Of a stretch of 64,000 bases of DNA, positions 49,325-57,823 are shown piece after piece. Location: assembly GCA_026392015.1 (NCBI GenBank), contig JAPLCW010000185.1, positions 1,546 to 65,545 on the forward strand, in the 5' to 3' direction. Every line of letters starts with the position of its first letter. Positions within the stretch are counted from its first letter, which is position 1. Position numbers and translations under genes: made by a program. Source of the DNA: Candidatus Auribacterota bacterium. GTDB taxonomy: Bacteria > Auribacterota > Tritonobacteria > UBA1439. The notes beneath the pieces are model-generated. The model was not told the origin of the DNA. It searched no databases and saw only the letters and a list, made by a program, of their open reading frames with translations.

Positions 49325-51019
49325 ATGGAGAGATCAAGAATTCTCGTTCCGCTGCTCGCGGCAATCCTGTTGTGCTCCATCGCATGCCAGTGCGTCACCA
49401 GTTTATTGAGGGAGTCCAACATATTCGATGAAATCGCCGTCATCGAATTCGGCTCATCATTCTGGCATGACCGCCAGGTTCCGTTCCCTCCCCACCATTA
49501 TCCGCTTCTGCTTCCCGTTCTGTATACCTTCCCCATGAAGTTTCTAAGCGGGGTGCGCTATCCCCCTTACCCCTCCGATCGGGTTGACGATCTCGGGCAT
49601 ACCTTTATGTGGAAGGTGAACAGGGGGAAGGCAGGAATCATACTCACTATCTGCCGCCTGCCGGTCGTTCTCGTTTCCGTTCTCCTCGGATTTTTCGTGT
49701 TTAGGTTTGCGCGGGAGAGCTACGGGAACGCGGGAGGGCTCCTCTCTCTCTTCCTCTACTCGCTCTCACCAAGCATCATCGCACACTCCCGCTACGTCCA
49801 CCTCGACCTGGGCGGGGCATGCTTCGGATTGATCAGCGTCTACTATTTCTGGAGGTGCATGGAGAGCCCTTCAGGGAGGAGTGCGATCCTTGCGGGAGTG
49901 ACCCTGGGGCTCGCGCTGCTCTCGAAGCATTCGAACCTTATTTTGCTCCCGACGTATATCGGTGTGTCCGTCGTGAAGATGATTTTTCCCCTGCGCGCGA
50001 AGGAGATGACGCGCCCTCCGCTTCGCAACACGTCTATCCCGTTGATCCGGCTTCTTGTCATATGCATACTCGCGGTCTCGGTCATAAGCCTTTTCTGCAG
50101 CTTTATAAAAAACAGCAATGAGGGATCGGCAAAGCTCCTGGAGAGGCTCGGTCCACCCTCGAGGGCGGTGAGGGTCGTTAACGCGGTTGCGGATGTCCTG
50201 TTCCTGCGCCCCTACTGGGATGGATTGAGAGAACTTCAGCGCCATGCACGGGGAGGGCACTCGGCTTTCCTCATGGGCAAATACTCATTTCGCGGATGGT
50301 GGTATTACTACTTCATCTGCTTCCTTATTAAAACTCCTGTTCCTTTTCTTGTGCTGCTCGCCACCGCGGTGTGCGGCTACAGAGGCTTTGGGAGGGCGGA
50401 CCCGCTCCGTGATGCGCTGCTGATTGTGCCGGTGGCGATTATTTTCATTCTTTCCACCAGGAGCGGTCAGGATATAGGCGAGCGCCACATACTTTTTGTG
50501 TACCCGCTCCTCTTCGTCTTCCTCGGAAGGGTCGCGAACGCCGTCCCCGGGCGCGTTTTCTCGCGGAAAATCTTCCGCTATGCGGTTCCGGCTCTGTGTC
50601 TCTGGTACCTGACGGAGGCAATCATGATCTACCCTCACTATCTTGCCTACTTCAATGAATTCATTGGCGGGCCGAAGAACGGCTATAAGTACCTGGTCGA
50701 TTCGAATCTGGACTGGGGGCAGGATCTCAAGGGTTTGAAGAGATACATGGATGCGCATGGCACTAAAAAGATCAAACTCGCCTATTTCGGGACGGCGGAT
50801 CCTTCCTACTATGGTATAGACTATGAGTATCTGCCGTGCTCCGGCTTGCCGCGACCATCAGATTTTCGATGGAACCTGCCGGCAAAGGGATTGATGGCGA
50901 TAAGCGCAACCGACCTCCAGAGCGTCTATTTCGTGAACAAGAATGTCTATGCGTGGCTGAGGAAATATAAGCCGATCGACACTATCGGCTACTCGATTTT
51001 CATATATACTATACAGTGA
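49325..51019 (+). CDS. PMT/ArnT (GT39-like) glycosyltransferase
   Basis: IFDE, SPSIIAH, LSKHS, GWWYYYF...KTP, YLAYFNE..GGP..G...LVDSNLDWGQDL. Confidence 0.85.
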   Translation: MERSRILVPLLAAILLCSIACQCVTSLLRESNIFDEIAVIEFGSSFWHDRQVPFPPHHYPLLLPVLYTFPMKFLSGVRYPPYPSDRVDDLGHTFMWKVNRGKAGIILTICRLPVVLVSVLLGFFVFRFARESYGNAGGLLSLFLYSLSPSIIAHSRYVHLDLGGACFGLISVYYFWRCMESPSGRSAILAGVTLGLALLSKHSNLILLPTYIGVSVVKMIFPLRAKEMTRPPLRNTSIPLIRLLVICILAVSVISLFCSFIKNSNEGSAKLLERLGPPSRAVRVVNAVADVLFLRPYWDGLRELQRHARGGHSAFLMGKYSFRGWWYYYFICFLIKTPVPFLVLLATAVCGYRGFGRADPLRDALLIVPVAIIFILSTRSGQDIGERHILFVYPLLFVFLGRVANAVPGRVFSRKIFRYAVPALCLWYLTEAIMIYPHYLAYFNEFIGGPKNGYKYLVDSNLDWGQDLKGLKRYMDAHGTKKIKLAYFGTADPSYYGIDYEYLPCSGLPRPSDFRWNLPAKGLMAISATDLQSVYFVNKNVYAWLRKYKPIDTIGYSIFIYTIQ

Positions 51020-52656
51020 GGAAGAGAATCAAGATGATCTCTCCAAACAGGATTGTGATAAGGGGAATTGCGGTTGCGGTCGTGGGAATAGTCTTCATCC
51101 CTTACGTCTGGGGATACCTCCACGTTCCGCCCGGCATGGTCTACATGGGATTCGCCGACCATCCGTACGACCAGAACAGCTACCTCTCGCGCATCCAGCA
51201 GGCCTCCGAGGGAAAATTTTTCATCCGCCGCGACTTCACCCTCGAGCCTCAGCGGCCGCTCTTCTTCAATCCGTTCACCTGGACGCTCGGCGTGATCGCG
51301 GGCGTGACGGGCCTGACCCCGCTCGCCGTCTACTACGGGGCGCTCGCGTTCTACGCGTTGCTCCTATTTTACATCATCAACTGGTTTATCCGGATCTTTG
51401 TCGCCGATCCCCGCCAGCGCGTTTTTGCCTTCGCGCTCTGCGCGTTCTCGTCCGGACTCTGCTGGCTGGTCCCCCTCCGGCAGTGGGAGGTGTTGCTCAA
51501 GAAGTATAACATGGTTCCCATCGACTACTGGATCGCGGAGACCATCACCTTCGAAACGGTGTTCTCCTTCCCTCAATTTTCCCTTACGGCGGCGCTCATG
51601 CTGCTCGGCTTCGGTTTCCTGATCAAGGCGCTGAGGGGGAGCCTTGTGAAAAACAGCATCTGCGGCGGGCTCGCTATTTTTGCGCTTAGTTTTGTGCATA
51701 CCGTTGACATGGTCACGGTTGCTGTCGTGCTGGCAGTATATACCGTTGTTGTATTTCTTATGTTCAAGAGGGACGGGGTGCGCACGCTCGGTGCCGTCGC
51801 GCTTCTCTCGCTCGTCGCGCTCCCCGCGTTCGGCTACATGCTCTATCTCTTCAGGACGGAGCCGGTCTTCATCCAATGGTCGAAGGAGAAGTTTATCTCA
51901 CCACATTTTCTGAGCTATATCATCGGCTACGGAATCGTCCTCTTCCTCGCCGTCCCGGAGCTCGTCCGGATATTCAGAGAAGGGAGCCGTGACGACTGGT
52001 TCCTCGCCGTGTGGGTGATTGCCGTCGCCGTGCTCCTCTACGCTCCGGTCTCGTTTCAGCGGAGGCTCTCCACCGCAGTGCACATCCCGCTCTGCATCCT
52101 CGCCGCACGCGCAACATTCCGCTACGTGCTGCCGTCCCTTTTGGGGGGATTGTGGCCTCGAGGCGAACCATCCGGGCAGAGAAGAGACGCCGCGGGGGTA
52201 TGCATCCTCGTCGCCCTCTTCCTCATTATGGTGCCCGCCAATATCGTGAAGATTTCCAGTTGCATCGCGGACACGAGGAGGAATCCCCTTGAGTACTACC
52301 TCTATGAAGCGGACCTGGAAGCGATGCGCTGGATGCGGGAGAATCACAACGAGGATGCCGCGATCCTCTCGACGTACAAGAGCGGCCTCTACCTTCCCGC
52401 ATATACGGGCAATCGGGTATATGTCGGCCATTGGTCGGAGACGCTGAACTTTAACGAGAAGGCCGCCACCGCCGAGCGGGTCCTCTATTCCGGGAAAGAG
52501 GCTGACGCGAGGGAGTTTCTGAAGGAGCATAAAATAGACTACATTTACTTCGGCGCATTTGAGAAGATGAGGGGCCGTTTCAGCCTGGAGCACGCGCCGT
52601 TCCTCCAGGAAATATATAACCGCCGCGGGGTGAGTATATACAAAGTAAAATTATAG
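51016..52656 (+). CDS. GT-C-like membrane protein
   Basis: DQNSYLSRIQQA, FTLEPQ, PVSFQRR, PAYTGNRVYVGHWSET; GTGA-coupled to previous gene. Confidence 0.75.
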   Translation: MRKRIKMISPNRIVIRGIAVAVVGIVFIPYVWGYLHVPPGMVYMGFADHPYDQNSYLSRIQQASEGKFFIRRDFTLEPQRPLFFNPFTWTLGVIAGVTGLTPLAVYYGALAFYALLLFYIINWFIRIFVADPRQRVFAFALCAFSSGLCWLVPLRQWEVLLKKYNMVPIDYWIAETITFETVFSFPQFSLTAALMLLGFGFLIKALRGSLVKNSICGGLAIFALSFVHTVDMVTVAVVLAVYTVVVFLMFKRDGVRTLGAVALLSLVALPAFGYMLYLFRTEPVFIQWSKEKFISPHFLSYIIGYGIVLFLAVPELVRIFREGSRDDWFLAVWVIAVAVLLYAPVSFQRRLSTAVHIPLCILAARATFRYVLPSLLGGLWPRGEPSGQRRDAAGVCILVALFLIMVPANIVKISSCIADTRRNPLEYYLYEADLEAMRWMRENHNEDAAILSTYKSGLYLPAYTGNRVYVGHWSETLNFNEKAATAERVLYSGKEADAREFLKEHKIDYIYFGAFEKMRGRFSLEHAPFLQEIYNRRGVSIYKVKL

Positions 52657-52721
52657 CAGCGGATTGAACGGGTTGCCCGGATCAGTGAATTAAGGTAATC
52701 CGTCATTTTAAAGAGAATGTT

Positions 52722-52947
52722 AACCATGGATGAACACGGCTAAACACGGATTAGAAAGAACTGTGATAGAGGGAGTCGCAGGGTAGAAGGCAGGAATCCT
52801 TGATAGAAAGAACAAGAAACTTACTATTAGTGGTAAAGAAAACACCGGGACCGGCGTTGTCGGTAATTAAATGAATTGGAAACAGGCATTCATATTGTGC
52901 AAGGTTCTTGTCCGATGTGCCGTGTTAATCCGTGTTAATCCGTGGTT
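52722..52947. repeat. AACC(A)..GGTT palindromic element with ~10-nt periodic arms
   Basis: aaccatggatgaacacggctaaacacggatt ... ccgtgttaatccgtgttaatccgtggtt. Confidence 0.7.
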
Positions 52948-53124
52948 ATAGCGCATTTGTAGATTAGTATTTCAGTGGTTAAAATATCATAGCCGCGATT
53001 TTTTCATCCGCCCAATCCGCCTAATCCGCGGTTGGGAAGTTTTCGACATTTGAATTTCGCTAGGTGTCATTCTCTCTTGTTGTCGCTGTCCTCGATGAAT
53101 TATTACAGCCGGGAAAGGTGATAT

Positions 53125-54039
53125 ATGTTGCGGAAATTCGAGATAGACTCGGGAAGGGTCGTGGAGAGCGCCTCGGAGGAGAGCCCTATTCTGGTGTTTG
53201 CGAATCCCGACCTGAGCGAAAAGAAGAAACTCGTTGAAACCTACAAGATCGACGAGCAGCACATAAATTACGCATTGGACCCCGAGGAGCTCGCACGGCT
53301 GGAATTGGAGCCCGGCTGCGTCTCCTGTTTCTTGAAGATCCCGAAAAACTACTCCGCGCAGGACCATTTTCTCTTCAAGGTCTCTACCTTGGGGGCATTC
53401 CTTGTTCCGGAGCGCCTTATCCTCGTGCTCGGGGAGGATATCAGCCTCTTTGACGGAAAGTCGTTCATGAAGACGACGGCCCTTTCCGACCTGCTGCTAA
53501 ATCTCCTCTACAGGGTCATCTGTCATTTTTTGGGACATCTGAAGACAATCAATATGATCTGCGATGAGCTGGAAAAGAAGATCAATAGAGCGATGGAGAA
53601 TAAGCACCTGATCAATCTCTTTACCCTCGAGAAGAGCCTGGTCTACTACCTCAATGCGATTAATTCAAACGGCGTTCTTATTGACAAGATCAAGCTGAAC
53701 GCGGCCAGGCTCGGCTTCGATCAGGAGCGTGTGGATGCAATAAACGAGATTACTATCGAGAACACCCAGTGCTGCAAGCAGGCGGAGGTATATTCGAACA
53801 TACTCGCCAGCCTCATGGATGCCCGAGTCTCCATCGTCAGCAATAATCTTAACGTCCTCATCAAGATGCTGAACATCATTACCATCGGCATCATGGTGCC
53901 GACGCTCGTGGTCTCCATCTTCTCTATGAACGTGACCCTCCCGTTTCAGCAATTCCATCACGCCTTCTGGGTCATCATGAGCTTCGCCATCATCTCCGGG
54001 CTCGGCGTATTCTTTATGTGGAAGTATTTCAGGTGGTGA
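53125..54039 (+). CDS. CorA/ZntB family divalent-cation transporter
   Basis: ALDPEELARLE, SIVSNNLNVLIKML, two C-terminal TMs; signature reads SMN instead of GMN. Confidence 0.9.
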   Translation: MLRKFEIDSGRVVESASEESPILVFANPDLSEKKKLVETYKIDEQHINYALDPEELARLELEPGCVSCFLKIPKNYSAQDHFLFKVSTLGAFLVPERLILVLGEDISLFDGKSFMKTTALSDLLLNLLYRVICHFLGHLKTINMICDELEKKINRAMENKHLINLFTLEKSLVYYLNAINSNGVLIDKIKLNAARLGFDQERVDAINEITIENTQCCKQAEVYSNILASLMDARVSIVSNNLNVLIKMLNIITIGIMVPTLVVSIFSMNVTLPFQQFHHAFWVIMSFAIISGLGVFFMWKYFRW

Positions 54040-54052
54040 ACTGGATAAAAAT

Positions 54053-54225
54053 AGCGATTAGGCGATTGGGCGATTAGGTTAAAACGGTAAGCACACAATC
54101 GCTTAATCGCTCAATCGCCTAATCGCTCAAAGAATCTCGCGCCCGGGTTTGATCGTTCGGCTGAGTTTATACTGAGCGCAGCCGAAGTACCCAGGACAAG
54201 TTCATCGGACCCCTACAAATCAACG
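54053..54225. repeat. 8-nt periodic GCGATT element followed by GTAG REP copy
   Basis: gcgattaggcgattgggcgattag...caatcgcttaatcgctcaatcgcc; 54140-54225 is an inverted homologue of 35656-35741. Confidence 0.75.
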
Positions 54226-54275
54226 TCACCCAAATTGAGCCATTGGGATGAGTGGGGCAGGATGAGTGGGGCGGG

Positions 54276-54304
54276 TTGCATATCCCGGCTCACTGCGTTA
54301 TACT
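54276..54304 (+). promoter_or_regulatory. sigma70 promoter
   Basis: TTGCAT-17 bp-TATACT upstream of HAD gene. Confidence 0.55.
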
Positions 54305-54387
54305 AATGGGCGTACTGGATAAGGGGCCGGGGATTGGATACCCTGGCCCCTTTCTACTAAGATAATCTCCTTGGGAAAGGCAATGAT

Positions 54388-55320
54388 ATGAGGAAGCTTA
54401 AGGGAATAAGGGCGGTCGTCACCGATGCCGATAACACATTGTATAGCTGGATTGAGTACATAGTCCCCAGTCTGGAGGCGATGACGGATGCGCTTTGCCG
54501 CGCCACCGGCTTCACGCGCGACGCGGTCGTAACCTCCATGAAGAAGGTGTTCAGCGCTTATAGCACCAACGAGTACGCATTTGTCCTCCAGAGCGCCGAC
54601 ATCTTCGAAGAGATGCGGCGGCGCGACTACCGCTGGTTCCAGGAGCATGTGATCAACGCGGCGCGTTTTTCGTTCAACCGCGCCAGAAAAACGCACCTCA
54701 ATCTCTACCCCGGGGTGCACAAGACGCTGCATGTCCTCTGCAGCCACGGCATCCGCGTCATCGGGCTCAGCGACGCCCCCTCTTTTTCAGCCGAGCAGCG
54801 CCTGAAACATCTCAATGTGGATAAGTATCTCCAGGCGCTCTACGCGCTCAAGTCATACCCGGTGCCGAGGGAGAAGTCGCTCGACGAGGCGATTGTGAAC
54901 AGGATGAAAATGGGCTACTATCGTTCGCACATCAACAAGGTTGTGGAACTCCCGTTGAGCTTCGAGAAACCGAGCACACTAGGGCTGAAGAAGATATTGG
55001 AGGATGAGCATCTCCGGCCCGAGAAAGTGGTGGTTATCGGAGACAGCCTGAAAAAGGACATCCGCATCGCCAGGGATATGGGGATTGCGAATGTGTGGGC
55101 GCGCTACGGCACGGTGGTGCCCAAAGAGTTGAAGGAAAAACTGAACTACTACTCCGCGCCCGAGATACAGCGGAGGAACGTTGCCCAGCCGGGCGAGGTC
55201 CCCTACGAGCCGATGTATACAGTCGACCGGTTCGACCAGCTTCTGGAGATTATCGATCTCCCGCCATGGCGCATCGAGGGAGTGACAGCGCCTCCGCCAA
55301 TCCCTGCCCCGGCGCACTGA
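54388..55320 (+). CDS. HAD-superfamily hydrolase
   Basis: Motif I DADNTLY, LSD, EKPS, IGDSLKKDI. Confidence 0.85.
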   Translation: MRKLKGIRAVVTDADNTLYSWIEYIVPSLEAMTDALCRATGFTRDAVVTSMKKVFSAYSTNEYAFVLQSADIFEEMRRRDYRWFQEHVINAARFSFNRARKTHLNLYPGVHKTLHVLCSHGIRVIGLSDAPSFSAEQRLKHLNVDKYLQALYALKSYPVPREKSLDEAIVNRMKMGYYRSHINKVVELPLSFEKPSTLGLKKILEDEHLRPEKVVVIGDSLKKDIRIARDMGIANVWARYGTVVPKELKEKLNYYSAPEIQRRNVAQPGEVPYEPMYTVDRFDQLLEIIDLPPWRIEGVTAPPPIPAPAH

Positions 55321-55433
55321 AAAGCCTTCCTTTATCATCTCCGGCTGCGGGTTTCTTTGCCGCAGAGAGGCATGACGTACAATCTCTCGGACTTTTCGCC
55401 ATCAAGGCAGGGTACACTCTTTCCATTCACAAC

Positions 55434-55613
55434 TGTATACAAAGTATACACTTTTGGCTCTCAGAGGTGTAAACAAAGTATGCAAATTGGACTTTTTTAG
55501 AATACATCGAGAATTTTCATGTTTGCGATCATCGCTGCAACTGATTCGGCGCGTGCTCATTACGACTGTTTTTATTTTTTTTTATAAACTGCAAGTTTGG
55601 CATAGAAATTGCT
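55434..55613 (+). promoter_or_regulatory. sigma54 promoter with tandem enhancer-like sites (copy 1)
   Basis: TGTATACAAAGTATACA (55434-50), TGTAAACAAAGTATGCA (55468-84); TGGCATAGAAATTGCT, GG-N10-GC (55598-613). Confidence 0.75.
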
Positions 55614-55716
55614 GTCATATTAACTGTAAACGGATTGTATGATTTTACCGCCAATGCTGTATATTTGATTTTCGCGGTAAAATGAGAGGTGTATCGCACC
55701 ATACAAGAAGAAGAAG

Positions 55717-55802
55717 GGAGTTACCCATCCCGCCGTGGCGGGACCCTCGCCTCGGCGAGCTTTGCAAGAAACGCTCGGCTTCGGGCGGATGTGGATAACT
55801 CC
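55717..55802. repeat. GGAGTTA-ended mini-element (copy 2) with extra cccgccgtggcggga hairpin
   Basis: Inverted homologue of 7579-7654. Confidence 0.75.
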
Positions 55803-55946
55803 TCCGCAATGAAAAATGAGGGCCAAAAATATGCAAAAGCAGGGGGGATAGAGAATATTTATAGGTAATATGCTCGGATTGGGAGAGTTAGAGAAAATTT
55901 TAAGGAAAACTTTTGACAATACCCCGGAATGAAGGAGTGATGAGAG

Positions 55947-57038
55947 ATGAGAGCAACATTAGCGGTGGTTGTAAGCGTGATGATTGCGGCGAGTTTGTAC
56001 GGCACGGTGGTTGCGGGGAACCTGGATTCCGCCGGCGCACCATCAGGGGGAAGCGGGATGTATTCACTCTCACAGATCTATGATTACCTGAACTCGGGGA
56101 TAAAGGCAACACCTGTCCCCAGTTTCCAGGGACCAGGTGCAGCCCCCGGCTCGACGATGAAGACCACGAGGGAGATTTACGAGAGCATCGAGGCGAAGCA
56201 CAACCAGTGCAATGTGACCGCTGCCCATGTTGAGGCAGGCTGGATGTTCTTCTGCACACAATCGGGAAGCTGGGGGGTGCAGACAGGGACATTAGTTGTA
56301 CCGCCAACCCCAACACCAACCATAACCCCAACCCCATCCCCATCCTCAACCGCAACATGGTCGTTAAACGCAGCCGGCTGCAACGCCACTACCGGCTGGC
56401 ATTGGTACACAACCAACGGCCGCAGTGCCTGCTGGAGCAAGACCCTCGCCGATTCAGTTTCCTGGAATAAGGGGGTGGGGAATGATAGCAGAAAGACTGG
56501 TTCCTATACCTGCACCTCCCTTGTAACATACGACCTAAAGACCCGTATGGAGGCAGCTGTTAATCAGGATTGGACCAAGATTATAACTAGTGCTGGTGAT
56601 TTAAGTGCTTTGGCCATTGCAGATTGTATAGATGGCACAAAGGATCTAGTTGACTGTTCAACTAGTGTCTGCACTGGTTGGTCAAGCACCAACACCTGGC
56701 TCAGAGACTGGGCCGGAGCAGCAGGCAAATCAGCCCTGCCGTATCTGGGTGATGATGCCGGCACTATAAATGACTACAATACTGCCTGCGCGAGTAGTTC
56801 CAATGACCTGCCTTTAGCTTGTGCTACGCCTAACGCATTCTATCTGAATCGCAAAGCCTGTAGCGATGGCGATACAAACTACAGCTGGGCTGCCGCCTGT
56901 GGCTACTCCAGCGGCGATGGCTGGTCCACGATCGCGCGGCTACTGGGCTACTATTCCTGCTCCTCCCAGGACTACAACGACACGTCGGGCACGAGCGGCA
57001 ACCTAGCATTTCGCGTAGTTGCGCGGCCAGCGGAATGA
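55947..57038 (+). CDS. Secreted modular protein: shared N-domain, Pro/Thr linker, Cys/Trp-rich C-domain with CLec-like terminus
   Basis: SD aaggag; signal peptide; GNLDSAGAPSGGSGMYSL...FFCTQSGSWGVQTGTL; PTPTPTITPTP; ends LAFRVVARP. Confidence 0.85.
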   Translation: MRATLAVVVSVMIAASLYGTVVAGNLDSAGAPSGGSGMYSLSQIYDYLNSGIKATPVPSFQGPGAAPGSTMKTTREIYESIEAKHNQCNVTAAHVEAGWMFFCTQSGSWGVQTGTLVVPPTPTPTITPTPSPSSTATWSLNAAGCNATTGWHWYTTNGRSACWSKTLADSVSWNKGVGNDSRKTGSYTCTSLVTYDLKTRMEAAVNQDWTKIITSAGDLSALAIADCIDGTKDLVDCSTSVCTGWSSTNTWLRDWAGAAGKSALPYLGDDAGTINDYNTACASSSNDLPLACATPNAFYLNRKACSDGDTNYSWAAACGYSSGDGWSTIARLLGYYSCSSQDYNDTSGTSGNLAFRVVARPAE

Positions 57039-57052
57039 TTTGGTTATTTGAT

Positions 57053-57088
57053 GATTTGGAAGCCGGGGTTTTTCCCGGCTTCCAAATC
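57053..57088. other. Perfect 15-bp hairpin without U-tract (terminator or DGR-type cruciform)
   Basis: gatttggaagccggg-gttttt-cccggcttccaaatc, 14 nt after the stop codon. Confidence 0.7.
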
Positions 57089-57106
57089 GGAAATCTTTTC
57101 TGAAAA

Positions 57107-57247
57107 ATGATTACACTACACAGAAGAGAAATTTTTTATCTAATTGAAGGAGAGGACGCGAAACGATTGGCGCGGCCCCTTGGCTTGAAGCTGGTTGAGA
57201 AAAAGGTCGTTTCTCCGGGAGGCGAGGAGGACGCACAGAATAAATGA
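57107..57247 (+). CDS. 46-aa ORF resembling the start of MutS domain I (possible remnant)
   Basis: MITLHRREIFYLIEGEDAKRLARPLGLKLV resembles the FYE.F.EDA..AA..LGL.L pattern; below the ORF-track length cutoff. Confidence 0.4.
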   Translation: MITLHRREIFYLIEGEDAKRLARPLGLKLVEKKVVSPGGEEDAQNK

Positions 57248-57617
57248 CGAAACCCGAAATCCGAAATCCAAATCAATGACGAAACCAGAATGAGGAATGA
57301 CGGTTGGGAGAAAGCGTAACAGTAATTTCCAGCGGAGAAGAAAAGCTTGTAACGGGACGACGCGGCGATCCACCATTAAACGATGATTGCTTCGTCCCGC
57401 GTAGTGGGACTCGCATTGAAAATCTTTCATTATCCGCTATTTAGGAAGTTCGGAATTGAGCCATTTTTTGTTGCTCGAACAGGCTCCTTTCTATCCTACT
57501 ATTTCTGGCTCAATGGAAATATCCCATCCTTCCCTGGCCCCTTCTTTCAGGTGCCTGTAGAGGAGTTATTTCTATCTTGTCATCTGAGGAACATTACCAT
57601 TCTTGTATGACAAGAGT

Positions 57618-57799
57618 TGTAAACAAAGTATAAACTTTTGGCTCTCAGAGGTGTAAACAAAGTATGCAAATCCGACATTTCTAGAATCCACCGAGAATTT
57701 TCACCTTTGCAATCATCGTTCCAAGTGTTTGGTCTGGTACTCATTACAACTATTTTTCACTAATGAAGGAAAGATTGTTAAGTTGGCGCGGAAAATGCA
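57618..57799 (+). promoter_or_regulatory. sigma54 promoter with tandem enhancer-like sites (copy 2)
   Basis: TGTAAACAAAGTATAAA (57618-34), TGTAAACAAAGTATGCA (57652-68); TGGCGCGGAAAATGCA, GG-N10-GC (57784-99). Confidence 0.75.
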
Positions 57800-57823
57800 G
57801 GCTAATTACTTGTGGTTTTGTGA

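Noticed and set aside
8500-53000. Integron with attC cassettes
   Set aside because: No tyrosine integrase; spacers lack consistent RYYYAAC/GTTRRRY attC ends, and genes occur on both strands.
53050-53124. M-box (ykoK) riboswitch upstream of CorA-family gene
   Set aside because: Only ttcgctaggtg resembles the 5' end; the region is too short and the remaining consensus is missing.
57383-57610. Small ORF or toxin-antitoxin remnant
   Set aside because: No convincing motif on either strand; too weak to call.
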